DNA from: Owenia fusiformis
Lineage: Eukaryota
DNA length: 64,000 bases
Assembly: GCA_903813345.2 (NCBI GenBank)
Contig: CAIIXF020000001.1
Location: forward strand, 41,974,001-42,038,000
Direction of reading: 5' to 3'
The position numbers and the translations under genes were made by a program. The notes under the pieces were generated by a model. That model was given only the letters and a program-made list of their open reading frames with translations. It had not been told where the DNA came from and did not search any database. Numbering within the stretch: the first letter of the stretch is position 1; every line of letters begins with the position of its first letter. This document shows, in pieces, positions 28,059 through 41,221 of the stretch.

Positions 28059-28247
28059 ATGGATCTGATTGTCGTACAGCCAGTGGAGGAAACTGCCCCA
28101 ACACGCCACATGTGCGATGAATACGGCAACCTTTTCAATAGCAAAAGCGCACTAAAAACGCATGGTAAAGAACCATGGCCTCCTCCACCAATGTTCTACT
28201 GCAATACTTATAGCGAAGCCTGTGTTGATCAGGACCATTTTTATTAG
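28059..28247 (+). pseudogene. Degenerate C2H2 zinc-finger exon
   Basis: Acceptor ttttgtag directly before the ATG. HMCDE(Y)GNLFNSKSALKTHGKE(P) and FYCNT(Y) fit C2H2 fingers with ligand residues mutated. Confidence 0.4.
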
Positions 28248-28257
28248 ACTCCAAAAT

Positions 28258-29105
28258 GCCTAGGTCAAAATCTAGGTCAAATTCAAAGTTTTTCCTTATT
28301 TTTGCGATTCTGACACTACACTTTAATTATATTCTTCGAAACGATGTATACATGTAGCCAAGAGTGTGCTAATAGTGTTAGCTTTTTGCCGTCAGAAAGT
28401 ATTTTGACCCACTTTTGAGATATGGCGTCCGAAAAGTAGGTCAAAATAAAAGGTTCTCCAAATTCAACGTATGAGTTATGAATTAAGGATAAAATTTTCT
28501 CAGGAATCCAAATCTGCAAACCAAATCTCGATCCGTCTTCCGTTCGGAAGTTATGGCGCTTTGAAATTTCGAGAAAAAATCGATCTGATGATAACCTTAT
28601 AGAAAGTCAAGAAAAGTGAAAAAATTGAAAAAATACCTTTCCAGTCCATTTCCAGGTTCAAGTCAAGGTCCAGTCCAGGTCCAAGTCCAGTGTTTGTCTA
28701 GGTCCAAGTCAAGTCTAGGTCCAAGTCCAGTCCAGGGCCTAGGTCAAAATCTAGGTCAAATTCAAAGCTTTTCCTCATTTTTTCGATTCTGACACTACAC
28801 TTTAATTATATTCTTCGAAATTTGGTATATATGTAGCCAAGAGTGTGCTTATAGTGTTAGCTTTTTGCTGTCAGAAAATATTTTGCCCCACTTTTGAGAT
28901 ATGGTGTCTGAAAAGTAGGTCAAAATAAAAACTTCTCTAAATTTAACGTATGAGTTTTGAATTAAGGATAGAATTTTCTAAGGGATCTGAATCTGCAAAC
29001 CAAATTTCAATCCGACTTATGTTATGGCGTTTTGAAATTTCGAGAAAAATCGATCTTATGGTATCCTGATTGAAAGTCAAGAGAAGTGAAGAAAATGTTG
29101 AAAAA
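28258..29105. repeat. Tandem duplication with 479-bp period and GTCCAG/GTCCAA spacer
   Basis: gcctaggtcaaaatctaggtcaaattcaaag at 28258 and 28737; colinear for ~370 bp. Confidence 0.9.
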
Positions 29106-29520
29106 TCCATCCATCCTTCCACCCATCCTTCCTATCTTATCCTTCCTTCTATCTATCTTTCCTTCATATATTTTCCTTCCTATCCTATCCTTCCTATTCT
29201 ATCCTATCCTTCTTTCCTACTCTATCCTATCGTTCCTTCTTATTCTATCCTATCCTTCCTATCCTATCCCATGTTATCCTATCCTATCCTTCTTATCTAT
29301 CCTTCCTATCCTTTCCTTTCCTTCCTATTCTATCATTCCTTGCTATTCTATTCTATCTCATCCTTTCCTATTCTATCCTATCGTTCCTTCCTATTCTATC
29401 CTATCCCTCCTTCCCTATTTCATCCATCCATCCATCCATCCATCTTTTTCTGGATGACTCAGTTTATTCTGGATGACTCTGCTTATTCTGGATGACTCGG
29501 CTTATTCTGGATGACTGGGC
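29106..29520. repeat. (ATCCT)n/(ATCC)n simple repeat followed by four 19-bp ctggatgactcngcttatt units
   Basis: Directly visible. Confidence 0.9.
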
Positions 29521-29626
29521 TTAAAAAGTCTAGATCTGGAGTCTGAAATTGAACTTGTTCAATTTCCACAGTCTAGTTATATTTTATTATCATAAGAATT
29601 AAAAGTAAAAATGAATGAAGTCTTAC

Positions 29627-30263
29627 CTCAGAAACTTCCCATGAAACAGACAAAAGCCCATGAACCAAAAGTATTTAGTTTCCTTTCTGTATCTTACTTG
29701 TTTGGCACATGGAGCGGTGAAATAGTCCACAGTGTCCAAAAACAATAATAATCCTATATTGGTAATTGGAAAGATTCCACTTACCACGATTTCAAAAAAT
29801 TGTAAATAGATGATATAATTCTTGAATTTGGGTCATTTGTTTCAAGGAATCTGAAGGCTCTTTCAGCTGAGCTGACAAAATCACCAAGATTTACAGATGG
29901 TCCATCTGTTGGCTGCTCATTGTCACTTTCAAGGAATGTTAATGGCTCTGAAACTTGATCTGTGGGCATTTCAGTGGGTTGATGGTTCTTGGACTCTGAA
30001 TTCACTTGATTGGCATTACTAATTTCAACATCTTCATTGTCATCATTACATGTTATGGACCCGTTTTTCAAATTAACAGTATTAGGGATGAAACCATAGT
30101 TTTTCCTTCTGTAATGGCATTTTCCAGTTGACGGGTCTATATTAAGTCTATCAATTTTCAATTCTTCATGAGGGTGTATTGTAATGGTGTGGCTAATTAC
30201 TTCACTGAATAAGGAATGTTTATCCGAACAATGGATACAAAGAAAATCTGGCCAGTTGTCCAT
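29627..30263 (-). pseudogene. Frameshifted exon of an unidentified (probably transposon-borne) protein with N-terminal C2H2 finger
   Basis: Bounded by tttacag|ATG and AG|gtaag, with C-x2-C-x12-H-x4-H near the start. After a 1-nt shift at ~29793 it stays open as IVVSGIFPITNIGLLLFLDTVDYF...VRYRKETKYFWFMGFCLFHGKFLR to the donor. Confidence 0.6.
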
Positions 30264-31020
30264 CTGTAAATAAATCATCATGATAAAAGCATAATTTATT
30301 ATAGCACCCATTTGTTACCGTTCTGAATCCAAATGATACATAGTTGAATCCATTTGATACATATATGTTGACGTTTACGAAATGTTGTTCAAATATCTTC
30401 CCTATAACAGGAATATGGTAGCTGAAACTTTCACACATTGTCATACTATGTATATTGAATATGTATGCAAGATTTCAAGTCAATATGTTAAGTAGACACT
30501 CTGAGATCACTTACCTCGATTTTCTGTCATATCTTTTAAAAGACCCCATTCACTATAATGTTCGCGAGAACCCACGAAACATTGCATATACATGACTGCA
30601 TCCACATTGATCGACAAGCCACAGTGTATAAACAGAAATATGATCAAAATTGTCTGTGAAAAATATCAAAAACATTGAACTAATAAATAGATGATTTTGA
30701 TATTTCCAATGAAATTCATCTCGTTTTAAAAAACGACCCGGTTAACTTAGTTCTCGTGCCTCTTAGCTATTAGAGTTAATGCAACGGACGTCAATTTTAC
30801 AAAACGGAAATTATATTTGAAAAAATACGAAACGCCACCCAAATTCTAGAGTCTTAATCAAATGCGTTAACATATTAGTCAGCAAAACATCGCTATCCCA
30901 CATAGTCCTGGCCTAATGCTTATGGTGTAATTAATTATTATGTAGACGGACGACAGCATGATGAAGTGAAGTTATCAATGAGCAACCCCAAGAGTCCATC
31001 ATATGAAAACATTACCAAAT

Positions 31021-31557
31021 CACTGGTGATCCACTCGATTACGCTGGTTACCAAAACGGTTCGTTTTGGTAACAAAATGTCGGAACATCCGGAAGGTACG
31101 ATTTTTCTCGTTTCCTTATTTTACACGTTGTAGGCAGAATTCCCACGACATTTTTTAACACAAACGTGTATCAGTATCGTATGTTTAAGAAATTGTACAT
31201 ATTTGCGAACAAATAGTTCAGAAGACAACAGAATCGTCGATTTACTTCCTCACTTAAGTTACATAAACGGTTTGGGTTAAAAGTGCAGATCGTCACTGTT
31301 TTTCGAAAAACCGTTTATGTAACTTAAGTGAGGAAGTAAATCGACGCTTCTGTTATCCCCTGAGCTATTTTTTCGTAAACATGTACATTTTCTAAAACAT
31401 ATGATACTGATGCACGTTGTGAGAAAAACGTCGTGGGGATTCTGCCTACAACGCGTGAAATAAGGAAAAAAGAAAAATCGTGCCTTCGAAGTTTCCGACA
31501 TTTTGTTACCAAAACGGTTCGTTTTGGTAACCAGCGTAATCGAGTGGATCACCAGTG
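31021..31557. mobile_element. 537-bp palindromic MITE with CAC termini and 5-bp TSD (Transib-like)
   Basis: CAAAT|CACTGGTGATCCACTCGATTACGCTGGTTACC ... GGTAACCAGCGTAATCGAGTGGATCACCAGTG|CAAAT; arms pair for ~255 bp. Confidence 0.92.
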
Positions 31558-32118
31558 CAAATACAAACTCAAAACGGTATGATAAAGCGCGGATATTCGA
31601 CACAACATACCTGGAATTTCTCTCTAGTCTTTCAGATCTTAATCCCCCCATGTTACCCTACCAGACCATTTGTTGGTGGTCATACTTTGCCCGAGAGGGG
31701 ATATTATTATACATTATTAAATATGATTCAAGTTTCGTATGTTATGTAGTTTGGGTATCGTTTTAATCGAAGCTTTTTAGGACGACAAAAACTTTACAGT
31801 TTCAAACCTATGCATCTTGATCAATGTGAAAAATAGAATAATATTGTCTTCAATTTATTATAAAATCGAATTCTGACTTTGGGTCAATGTAATATTGTGT
31901 AACATTCAAATTATTGCTAAAACTCAACACCTGTTCTTCAAAATCAGTATTTCGCCTTGAGCATTTTCAAGCAGGACCAAGGGAACTTACTACTTTTCCG
32001 GAAAGCAGCGGATGAATTTTATTATTTCGATTAAAATGTACGTGATGTTGTTACTGTTTGTGCCGTTGACTAGTGCCATATTTGTGATAGAAAATAATAA
32101 TAACACAATCATGGTATA

Positions 32119-33515
32119 CAGGTTGGGCCAAAATGTTACTAATTTTAAAGTGTAATACACTGATCTCTAGTAGAAATCGGTGGATTCAGTCATGTACATG
32201 TTATTTATCATTAGGTCAAGTGTACATTATTGAGAATGGGGTCATTGCAAAAATATAACAGCAAATCGAGGTAAGTGATTTCAGAGTTTCTATTAAACAC
32301 TGTGTCTTGAAATCTTGCATACATATTCAATATATAATTATATAGTCGGACAACATTTCAGCTACGGCATTCATGTTATAGAGAAGATATCTGAACAAAA
32401 TTTCGTAAACTAAAGCACATTTGTGTACCGATTCCAATATGTAACATTTGGATTGAGAACGGTAACAATTGATTCCAATCATAACGTCAAGATACATCAT
32501 AATATAAGCTTTTTCAAAACGAATATTTCATACCATAATCCCTAAAATATTATAGAAAGCGTTGGCTTTGTAGCTTACTTGACACAAACATATTTGGCAA
32601 ACATTTTAGTCAGTGACATGTTCCACCTATCTGGACATGTCAACAAGGAACGTGAGATTCTCCGCTGCTAATAACCCCAGGCAGACGCAAGATAGACCAA
32701 CTAGTGTTTTCATTCATTATATATTTATTCAATTCAAAAAGTATACAGTAGTTACAGTAGTCGCTGCCTAGCGCATTTTGCATTATAGGCTAGCATTTCA
32801 AGTTATACATAAAACAAAAATTAGAGAAGGCGAGTGAGTAAGTGCCAGTAAAATACCAACAGTAAATCAGGAAGAGATGAACTAAGTTATACTAGAAACG
32901 AATTCAACAAACCTTTCTTTTAATTCAGAATCCTTTCCAAGTGAAAGGGAATTTTGAAAAATTTGAGATTCAATTTTTTCTTGTCCATTGAATGGGGTCC
33001 AACTAGTGTTGAATAAGTAAGAGTATGGTGTGCTAGAAAAGAAAGGTATTGTGGGCCCATTCTGGTTCGAAGATGTCTAACGGGCCGGGAAACCCTGTAA
33101 CGGTGGACTCCAAAAGGTGCAAGAACCCGATCCTTGAGCGTTTCCTACCTGTTTTACAATGGAACAGATGGGTGAGAATGAGACGTGACAATTCCCAGCA
33201 GGATTGAACACCTCTTCATTATATCAGCAGCGTGGAAGATCGAAAGGGAGTATTTCCTAGCGATGGGCTTATTTCATGCAGGACCCCTAACATATGGCTA
33301 TCATACTCTCCAGCAAGGCGCATGGATGGAACCATTCATTCACTAAAATGTACATGGAGATTTGATTTGCAGCCACCTAAAAACGCAGAGAAGTACATAA
33401 AAATCACTTATGTGGAACAAAACTTGCATCAATTCTTATTCATCTCAGAAAGATTGACACCAATCATGCCAATAATGAATGAGTAAATATCAGTAACAAT
33501 TTTTGCCCCACCCTG
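32119..33515 (+). mobile_element. Decayed Tc1/mariner element (maT/rosa-like)
   Basis: TA|CAGGTTGGGCCAAAATGTTACT pairs with AGTAACAATTTTTGCCCCACCCTG|TA; contains transposase remnants. Confidence 0.7.
33022..33315 (+). pseudogene. Tc1/mariner transposase catalytic-domain remnant
   Basis: Across frameshifts reads VWCA..KGIVGPFWFED..GNPVTVDSKR..ILERFLPVL..QQD*TPLH..FP..LIS..NIWLSYSP, typical of DDxD transposases. Confidence 0.75.
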
Positions 33516-33774
33516 TATGTGCCATCATTGAAGCCGGGACTTGTACAGATGAGTCCTGATAATGAGAGTGGTCATTTGACATGGAGGGGGGGGAGTGGAG
33601 AGGGTTATTTGACATTGATTCTTTGTAAATTAGATTAATTGGCCGATGGTGTTTAAATCCTTGTAACTGCATGTCTGTTCTTTTCAGTTTCATTATGTAC
33701 ATGTATTTTATACAATACTTGGTAGATATTTTCCCATGGGCCACTGCGCTAAAACATTCCATTTATACATTTAA

Positions 33775-34567
33775 ACCCCCCTATCACACCAAACTAGTTC
33801 TTACCCGTTCTTGCCAGTCCTACAAAAAACGTCGTAAAACGGGCTCAATTTGGCCGTGGTCGGGAAATATGTCTAAAATAATTAGCTACTTCGTTCATAA
33901 ACAGTCTTCAATACGTCCATCTCATTCGCAGTTCGTTCAGGTCGCACCACGTCGATGTGCAACGTCGTATAACGCGTCCCTTAGTCTAGAAGGTCATCAT
34001 GACCTGATTACAGAACAATATGGTCGCCATCGAATTTTAAATCATTTCAAAATTCTAAAATCACCTTCCCGTCTGAGAACGTTCATGAAGTTCGTAAATA
34101 GTCCTTAAAAAGTTGCAGCGCACACAGTTTAAAACCAGTTTTGAAGAACACAGTGGTAACTTGTTTGGTGTGAAAGCTATATTTTTGCTAACTCTTTCAT
34201 AAGCAGTCTTTAATACGTTCTTAATCAGTTTAAACCCGTTTGCAATTACTACTTCGTTCTCAATACGTCCTTACAGACAGTTCAAGTCGTTGTAAAACCG
34301 TCCCTAGTAGGATTGAAGTACGACGGTTCCGTTCGTAGTACGTCCAGCTCGTCGTTAGTACGTTGTCACTCGTTCTAATTGTACGTGACGACCACGAGAG
34401 CATTTTGAGCATGTTCTAAGTTCTAAAGGACCTACCCGTTCAAGTACGTTCGATGAAGTTTGTAAATAGACCCCAAACGGTTCTAAGTACGTCCAGTCAC
34501 GGTTCGTACACAGTTGAAGCCCGTTTTCGAGAACGTAGTGAGAACTAGTTTGGTGTGATAGTAGGGT
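33775..34567. mobile_element. PIF/Harbinger-type MITE (CCCTACTATCAC family, longer copy)
   Basis: ctatcacaccaaactagttct at the left end and agaactagtttggtgtgatagtaggg at the right; TWA-like flanks; reverse complement of 25415-25982 with extra internal sequence. Confidence 0.82.
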
Positions 34568-35802
34568 TATCTGATTCGGGCAAGATGTAAATAAAGCATG
34601 CGCAGGGTAGATGTTATTCCAATTAATTAGCTAAATATGAATTGCTTTTAAAAATAAAACAGCCGCTTACATCAATTAAAGGCTAATGATAAATTTGAAA
34701 TATGTAATGCATCAACTATATACCGTTACAAGACTGAACACTTATGATGTGTGCCTAATGAAGAAAGATGAAGATGTGAAGTATCTTTTTACATCCAATT
34801 AAGTGTTGAAAGTTAACACATCATTACAAGCGAAGATTGATACGTCTCCCACTCTTTATCGCGTCGAACTTGTTTTATAAAATCCACAGCCTCTCAATCA
34901 TCCAGCGTCTCAGGAATAAGCTCCATGAAGCCGTAAAGCAATCTGATCGATCTAAACATACATCAACTTTCCCTAGAGGTAAAGCGACTTCTTGTCAATG
35001 AAAACTGTGAACAATATAAAATCTACGTCCTAAAGCTTTAGTATGTGGATCAAATATATAAAACAACAAAAACATTTCCATGCTAATCAATGATTAAACC
35101 ATCAGAAAACCACCGATGGGGATTTGGATTTACTGTACATATCAGAGAGATGGATGTTTCTGCGCAATTGATATTGAAAATTTCATCAATGCCTGGGAAT
35201 TATCTTTCCAAATGATATTCATCGTGACAGAAATGAAGTAGTCTGACTGTTTACGATTCTTGTCTGAATTTCAAAGTTGAAAAATCTCTCAAATGCTCGA
35301 CATAAGTAAAAAGTCAAACTACTAATGGGTGAAGAACGCCCCTTACGCCCCAACACCCCGAGGTCATGCCAAACTAGTTCTGAAAACGTCCCACCCCTTT
35401 CTGAAACAATCGTAAAACTATTTAGATTTTTCCGACTTTAGATGCTTTGGCTTTACCATTTTGCAGGGCGGAATATATGGAATCCATATTTTATACTTGG
35501 TTTAGCTGACCGATGGTTTATCGATATCGTGAAAATTCTACCTACTATTTTGGATGATTCTAACTCCAGTAAGTTTTACCCTGCTGTGGACTGGTGTCAC
35601 TAGTGTGATAGTTCCTACAAGGTGTGGGGGTTGCTTGTTAGTTAGATCGTAGTTTGGGATATCATGGCTGTGCATTTCTTATGACCAATTACGCGCTTCA
35701 TTTTGTATTGGCATACTCTGTTTTCTGAGAGTTTTTGGTGCTTCCCCTTTTCATCATCAATTATGAGAAAAACTAAATTGAGTACGGGTTATTTGTCTTT
35801 AA

Positions 35803-36204
35803 GGTCAGGGTGCATGATGGGAAATTTTCTGCATTCCTCAATTGAGTCACATGTTATTTTTCAAACAAGAATCACTCCTTCCCCGGAGAGTCTATATCTT
35901 CCAGGTTTGCACAAAGAGTGCTCTTATGTGCCTAGAAAAGACTTGTGAGAAGAATGTTTTGATAAAGTGTATAAAAAACAAGAAAATTCAGTGAAAAAAT
36001 TCAGAAATTTTTTCACTGAATTTTCTCGTTTTTTATACATTTTACAAAACAAATCTTCTCACAAGTCTTTTCTAGGCACATTAGTGCACTCTTTGTGCAA
36101 ACCTGGAAGATGGAGACAATGTGGGGAAGGAGTTATTCTTGTTTGAAAAATAACATGTGACTCAATTGAGGAATGCAGAAAATTTCCCAACATGCACCCT
36201 GTCC
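35803..36204. mobile_element. 402-bp palindromic MITE with TTAA TSD (Kolobok-like)
   Basis: TTAA|GGTCAGGGTGCATG ... CATGCACCCTGTCC|TTAA; arms pair to the centre at ~36005; partial relative at ~45735-45885. Confidence 0.88.
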
Positions 36205-36419
36205 TTAAGATGATTAAAGATATGTTCGATAATGTTTCAAAGCTGGAATATTCTGACAAACATATCGGTATTTACCTAATCAGTCAAATCATCGTCAAAT
36301 AAGATAAAAGATGCTCGCCTTAAAGCGGAACAAGATTGTATCCTGAAATTTCTTCAGTAGGATAATCCAAACCATGATGAAATTCGAATATTCGGAATTG
36401 ACCAGTGTGATATTGTTAA

Positions 36420-36913
36420 TGAGGCAATAACAAAGGCAAAACTTGAGTATGAATCACACATGTATGAGAAATTAAACTCCCTTAACTATGGCAGCAAGTC
36501 TTACTGGTCGGTTATATCTATAATTTTATTCAAATCTAAAGTTAGGAAAATTCCTATTTTGACCAACCAAAAATGGCTCTTCTTTACTCACCAGTACAGA
36601 AAAGACTAATTTTCATTCTGATTAAAACATAGACACAGACAGTGTCCAATTTGACTTTAGTGCAAAGCCTTAGGTCCTGACAATCTTAGTAATAAAATGC
36701 TCAAGTTAGCAGCTCCATCTTTCTCAAAATTATTTTCAAAATGTCTCAATAAGATGTTCATAATTTGAAAATTTACGAATTCTGGAAACTAGGCAATATT
36801 ATCCCATTATTATTATTATTATCCAGCCAGTGACTATGTCGATTCGGTAGTACCCCAGGGGTCCATCTTAGGACCATTGCTTTTTTAGTCTACATAAACG
36901 ATTTACCAGATGT
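36420..36913 (+). pseudogene. CR1/L2-type LINE ORF2 remnant (heavily deleted)
   Basis: Fragments SKSYWSVI, GPDNLSNKMLKLAAPS, WKLGNIIPL and VPQGSILGPLLF/VYINDLPD. Confidence 0.8.
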
Positions 36914-39900
36914 AAATTATTGGAACTACTTGACACATTTCCTTTATTTTAATTATATCTTTTTGGACACGTAATTTTCAAAGATCCTTGGCCTGTGTGC
37001 TTAAATATTTTGCCTTGGTACTGTGGTCCCGTTTTACCATAGCAACAATAACTCATTCAGAGTTTCATGAATATTTCAAACTTTTTAAATAACTACATTC
37101 TGTAAACATTTGAACACGATCAGTGCAGTAACGATGAACGGGTAAAAAATTTGACAGAACCAAAAATTTGGAATTGCTTTTGTCTCACCCTGTATTTTAC
37201 ATTGTTCGATGCTGCCTATAGTAAGAACCCACACTCCTTATGTGTTTTGCAGTACAACTGTTGCCACTGTCAAGACTAAAAACAAGTACTTCTTCGTTCA
37301 GGCTGATAGTTAGATAACAGTAGTAAAAGAGGGGGAGCTGAGTGGCTGTTGCATTCAGTTATACAGGTTTGTCAATCGATTCTTCGAGCTGTTTTCAGTT
37401 AAGCGGTATTAATTGAAGAGTATCTCACTTTGAAAGGATAAATACCTTGATAGTTATTGAAGATGGCTTCTCCTGCTTTTCACCTCTAGTAATTAGGAAA
37501 AACTTGAACAGTAGATAGTATCGATTTTTGATAATGTTTAGATAACAAGACAACAAGACAATCGAACACCTTCTGTCCAGGCTAGATACGACGTGATTGA
37601 AATCGGAATGTTTAGGTAAGAACCTTATATTAGTTCAATATTTAACCAGAAATGATTGATGTCGTTTAGATGTCTACAATGAGTGATATAAAGTATCAAA
37701 GAATATCAGCTAGAGGCAAGCATTAGTGATTTGATATCCTCCATTTGATAAATTTATTTAAAACATCTCAGCGGAGAGGATTTAATATTTCATGATATCA
37801 GATGAAATTCCTAGTGATGGTTTACTTTAGATTGATTCATAAGATAAACCTGGATCATTGTCATACAATCCATGCCCGGACTACTCCCGATAGGTTAAGA
37901 TCATTTGCATAATCATTTAGTCACTGCTTGAATGTGCCGATCTCATTAATTGCGAAGAAACCAATGTATTGTTATAAAGAAAATCTTATCGTTATTCTAT
38001 TTGGAAATCGGTATATTTTATTGATAGACATTTTGACGGCATTTTGAATTTCTGTAATATTACAATTATTTATGCAATTCTGGAAATATAAATTTTTGCA
38101 CAAGTGCGATAACGTACCATATGTCGTTATATAGACAACTTGACTTGGCTATTAGTGTTTAAATCACTTGCAACAATGTTTGAAGGCACTAGCCCTTTCC
38201 AAATGAAAGGCAAGAATTTGAGTTTCCACTACATTAATGTGCTGTTTTGTATTTGTTCGTTTGTCTTAATTCTTTATATTTTGTGACATGATGCGTCTCT
38301 TCTGCTGTCAGTTGTGAAGACTTGAATTAAGTTAAATATTGAAAAGACACGTCCATAATGATTCATCGATAAATAGCATTAATGGATATTGTATAAATGT
38401 ATTGAAAAATATGATGAAAGGAAAGGATATATCATCTCTGAACATTTGCTTCTACACGAAGTGATTAAACGCATGAAAGCAAATCTCCTAATGCTGAAAA
38501 ATGAATTTTTGCTTCGGCAGATGATGTCGTCCATCCCGGTCATTTTTCAAGAGAGTAATCCTTCAATACTTAATAACTGTATGTGTTTGATTAATAAGTT
38601 TACTTTCGACTAGGATACGAATTGTCTTGTTTGATATGAGGCAATGTTTGGGTTACATCTTGTGAATCCGAATCAGAAAAAGCAACTGGTTTTATTGATT
38701 TTTTAATATGAGATTTATTTACAGTTTGATGGTTCGTGTCATAATTAACGTAGCCAGCTCTATCACAAGAGAGATATAAATTACTCTTCGTTCAGTGCTT
38801 GCAAAATATCAGCATTTGCTATATATTGGACTTAGCACATATTTTAAAAAAAAGTATGGACGAGGTGGCACTAACAATATATCTTTATATAATGACAGGT
38901 CACAAGAGAGATATAAATTGCTACGGGCGTTAAAACAGACATTTTTTAAAGATAAGTATCAAAAAGTATCAAGAGACGAGGTGACACTAATAGTATATCT
39001 TTATATAATATGGTGTTCAATTTGATCTGCTACTCTAGGATTTATGTATTTTATATTGCGCCATCATCATTAACTAAAGCACCCTCTTACATCTCAAATC
39101 AGGTGTGTGTCGATTCGAGCTGGCTAACTCATGCAAATATAAACACATTCTTTCAACTATTTTTGGATCATTTACCTTGGCGAGATGCTCGTTCTGCATT
39201 CACAGAGTTTCTTGTAGAAATTATCTAGATTTGGTTCAATAAAAATTCAAAATTCAGGCAAGCTGATGTCATATTTGGAATCTACATGTAAAATAACATA
39301 TAGAAATGTGGTTTTGTAGAGAGTTTATCAACTCTGAAAATACAATTTTCTCTGAAAAGTTGACTTGAGGTCGGGGAGATTCCCCATAGACCCCATGTTG
39401 TAAAATCACAAAAACTGAAATATCTTTTCTTGTGTTGGGCAGGTAATATTTTATTTTACTGGACATATTTTAATTTGTATAATTATCAGGTACATAAGGG
39501 TAATATGAAAAGTGAACCACTAAAACTGATGATTATTAAGGGAATTTTCTAATACCCTGCCATGTTATTTCTTCCGAATCAGCCACCTGGTGGCGAAAGT
39601 GGTGACTACCTACTCGTATCTGAGTAAACTGAAGGTGGTGGAATAATAGCTACGTACAGAAAACCAACACACTTTGATCAGAGATCGGTAAAGTGACATT
39701 ATCGAATAAAAGCATTTCCAAGAAAAATTGTAGGCTGAGCAATATGCATTAGAGCACTGACGTTCAATCTGATAGTTCTATTGCTACAACAGGTTATTAC
39801 TTAATCATGGATGCAATGTTGTCATAGTGGAATTATCTTTACTTCGATCTAATGAAGTAAAATCATTTCATGATTTCCGTGTCCTGTGTCACGAATTCAG

Positions 39901-41221
39901 AAGTGCTATGAAGGTTTCTGAAAAAATCTATCGTCATTCAATACATCCAGTTTCAGACATGGCATCGTCGGAATGTACATAAAGGGCAATATGAACGTCT
40001 TTCCCTTGTTTGATAGTGCTCAAATGTAATTTTCAGTTGTTATGAAGCTAATTCATGCATCGGTTTGTCAAAATCTGTTGAATTGAATCTGTTTGATCGT
40101 CTTATATCACGTATCACTAGATTTTGAAAGTAACTATGGAATATGACACAGCTCTTTGGGTCTAACGTAACGACACTTGGAGGAGTAGGTAAGGTTACAG
40201 TATTTGCATTGATTTTGTAAAGCTGTAATTGGTAAAACATGTATTTTATGGCTGTTCTTGCACTGACGCACTTAGGCGAAGACTATATGGTGATTCTACA
40301 GGCGATAATCTCTGATAAATACACTATAACTTGTTTTTCATGTAAATATGAGTAGAAATCTATAATAAGGATATAAGAAAAGTGAGACGATGTTGTCTTT
40401 GGTAAAAGGCTTCATAATCTATAGTCTATGCCTGTTGGGTTGTATATGATCTGTCATCACATAACTTTTGCGACATATCTTATCAGATTGAAAATTTCCA
40501 GCTGCCGATTATCGTGTACATTAACAGATTTTCGATATTAATTGTGTAATTTTAAACTTCGATTTTTTATTCCGCGTGTGTAACTAGACACTGCATCATT
40601 TATATTACCCAGCTGAGTCCTAGAGACTTTTATATTAATGATGTAAGTCAAAGAGTATGAGTCTTGACACGTTGTTCCAGCGTTTGCGCTGACCTTTTTG
40701 CTAAACATCCTTATAATGGCAGACATAACATCTCGAATGAACATTTATCGTTCACGTTGTACGTTTATGTCATCATAGCGAATATAAGACGTCCTTCAAT
40801 AACCTTTATTTGGATGATTACTTTTCCATGGAGATTACTACTATTATTCCGTCGGATTATTTCATCCCTTAAGAATATACGGCCCTTTATCAGTTACATA
40901 ATTTATCACCTGACATAATATAATAGAATCAGAGTACTTGAGTTAGATATGATTTCAATTAGGAATGAGATTGAAGAAGATAAAGTATATCGTAAGTATA
41001 AGAAACACAGATGGGCCATGAATCTTCGGCGGCTTTTGCTTTCTCTTATTTTACAAAACAGTTAGTGCATTTCTTTTATCTTCAGAAATTTCATTCACAT
41101 GAATTCTGCCATCAGCTACTGTTGTGTAAACAAAAATAATATGATATATTACTTCTATTAAAGTCTTTCATTTTCGGATCGCTGTTTATACACCAACTAT
41201 CTTACTATAGCTAGGCTACAT

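Noticed and set aside
29070..29495. 141-aa and 123-aa hydrophobic ORFs
   Set aside because: They arise from a stop-poor (ATCCT)n simple repeat.
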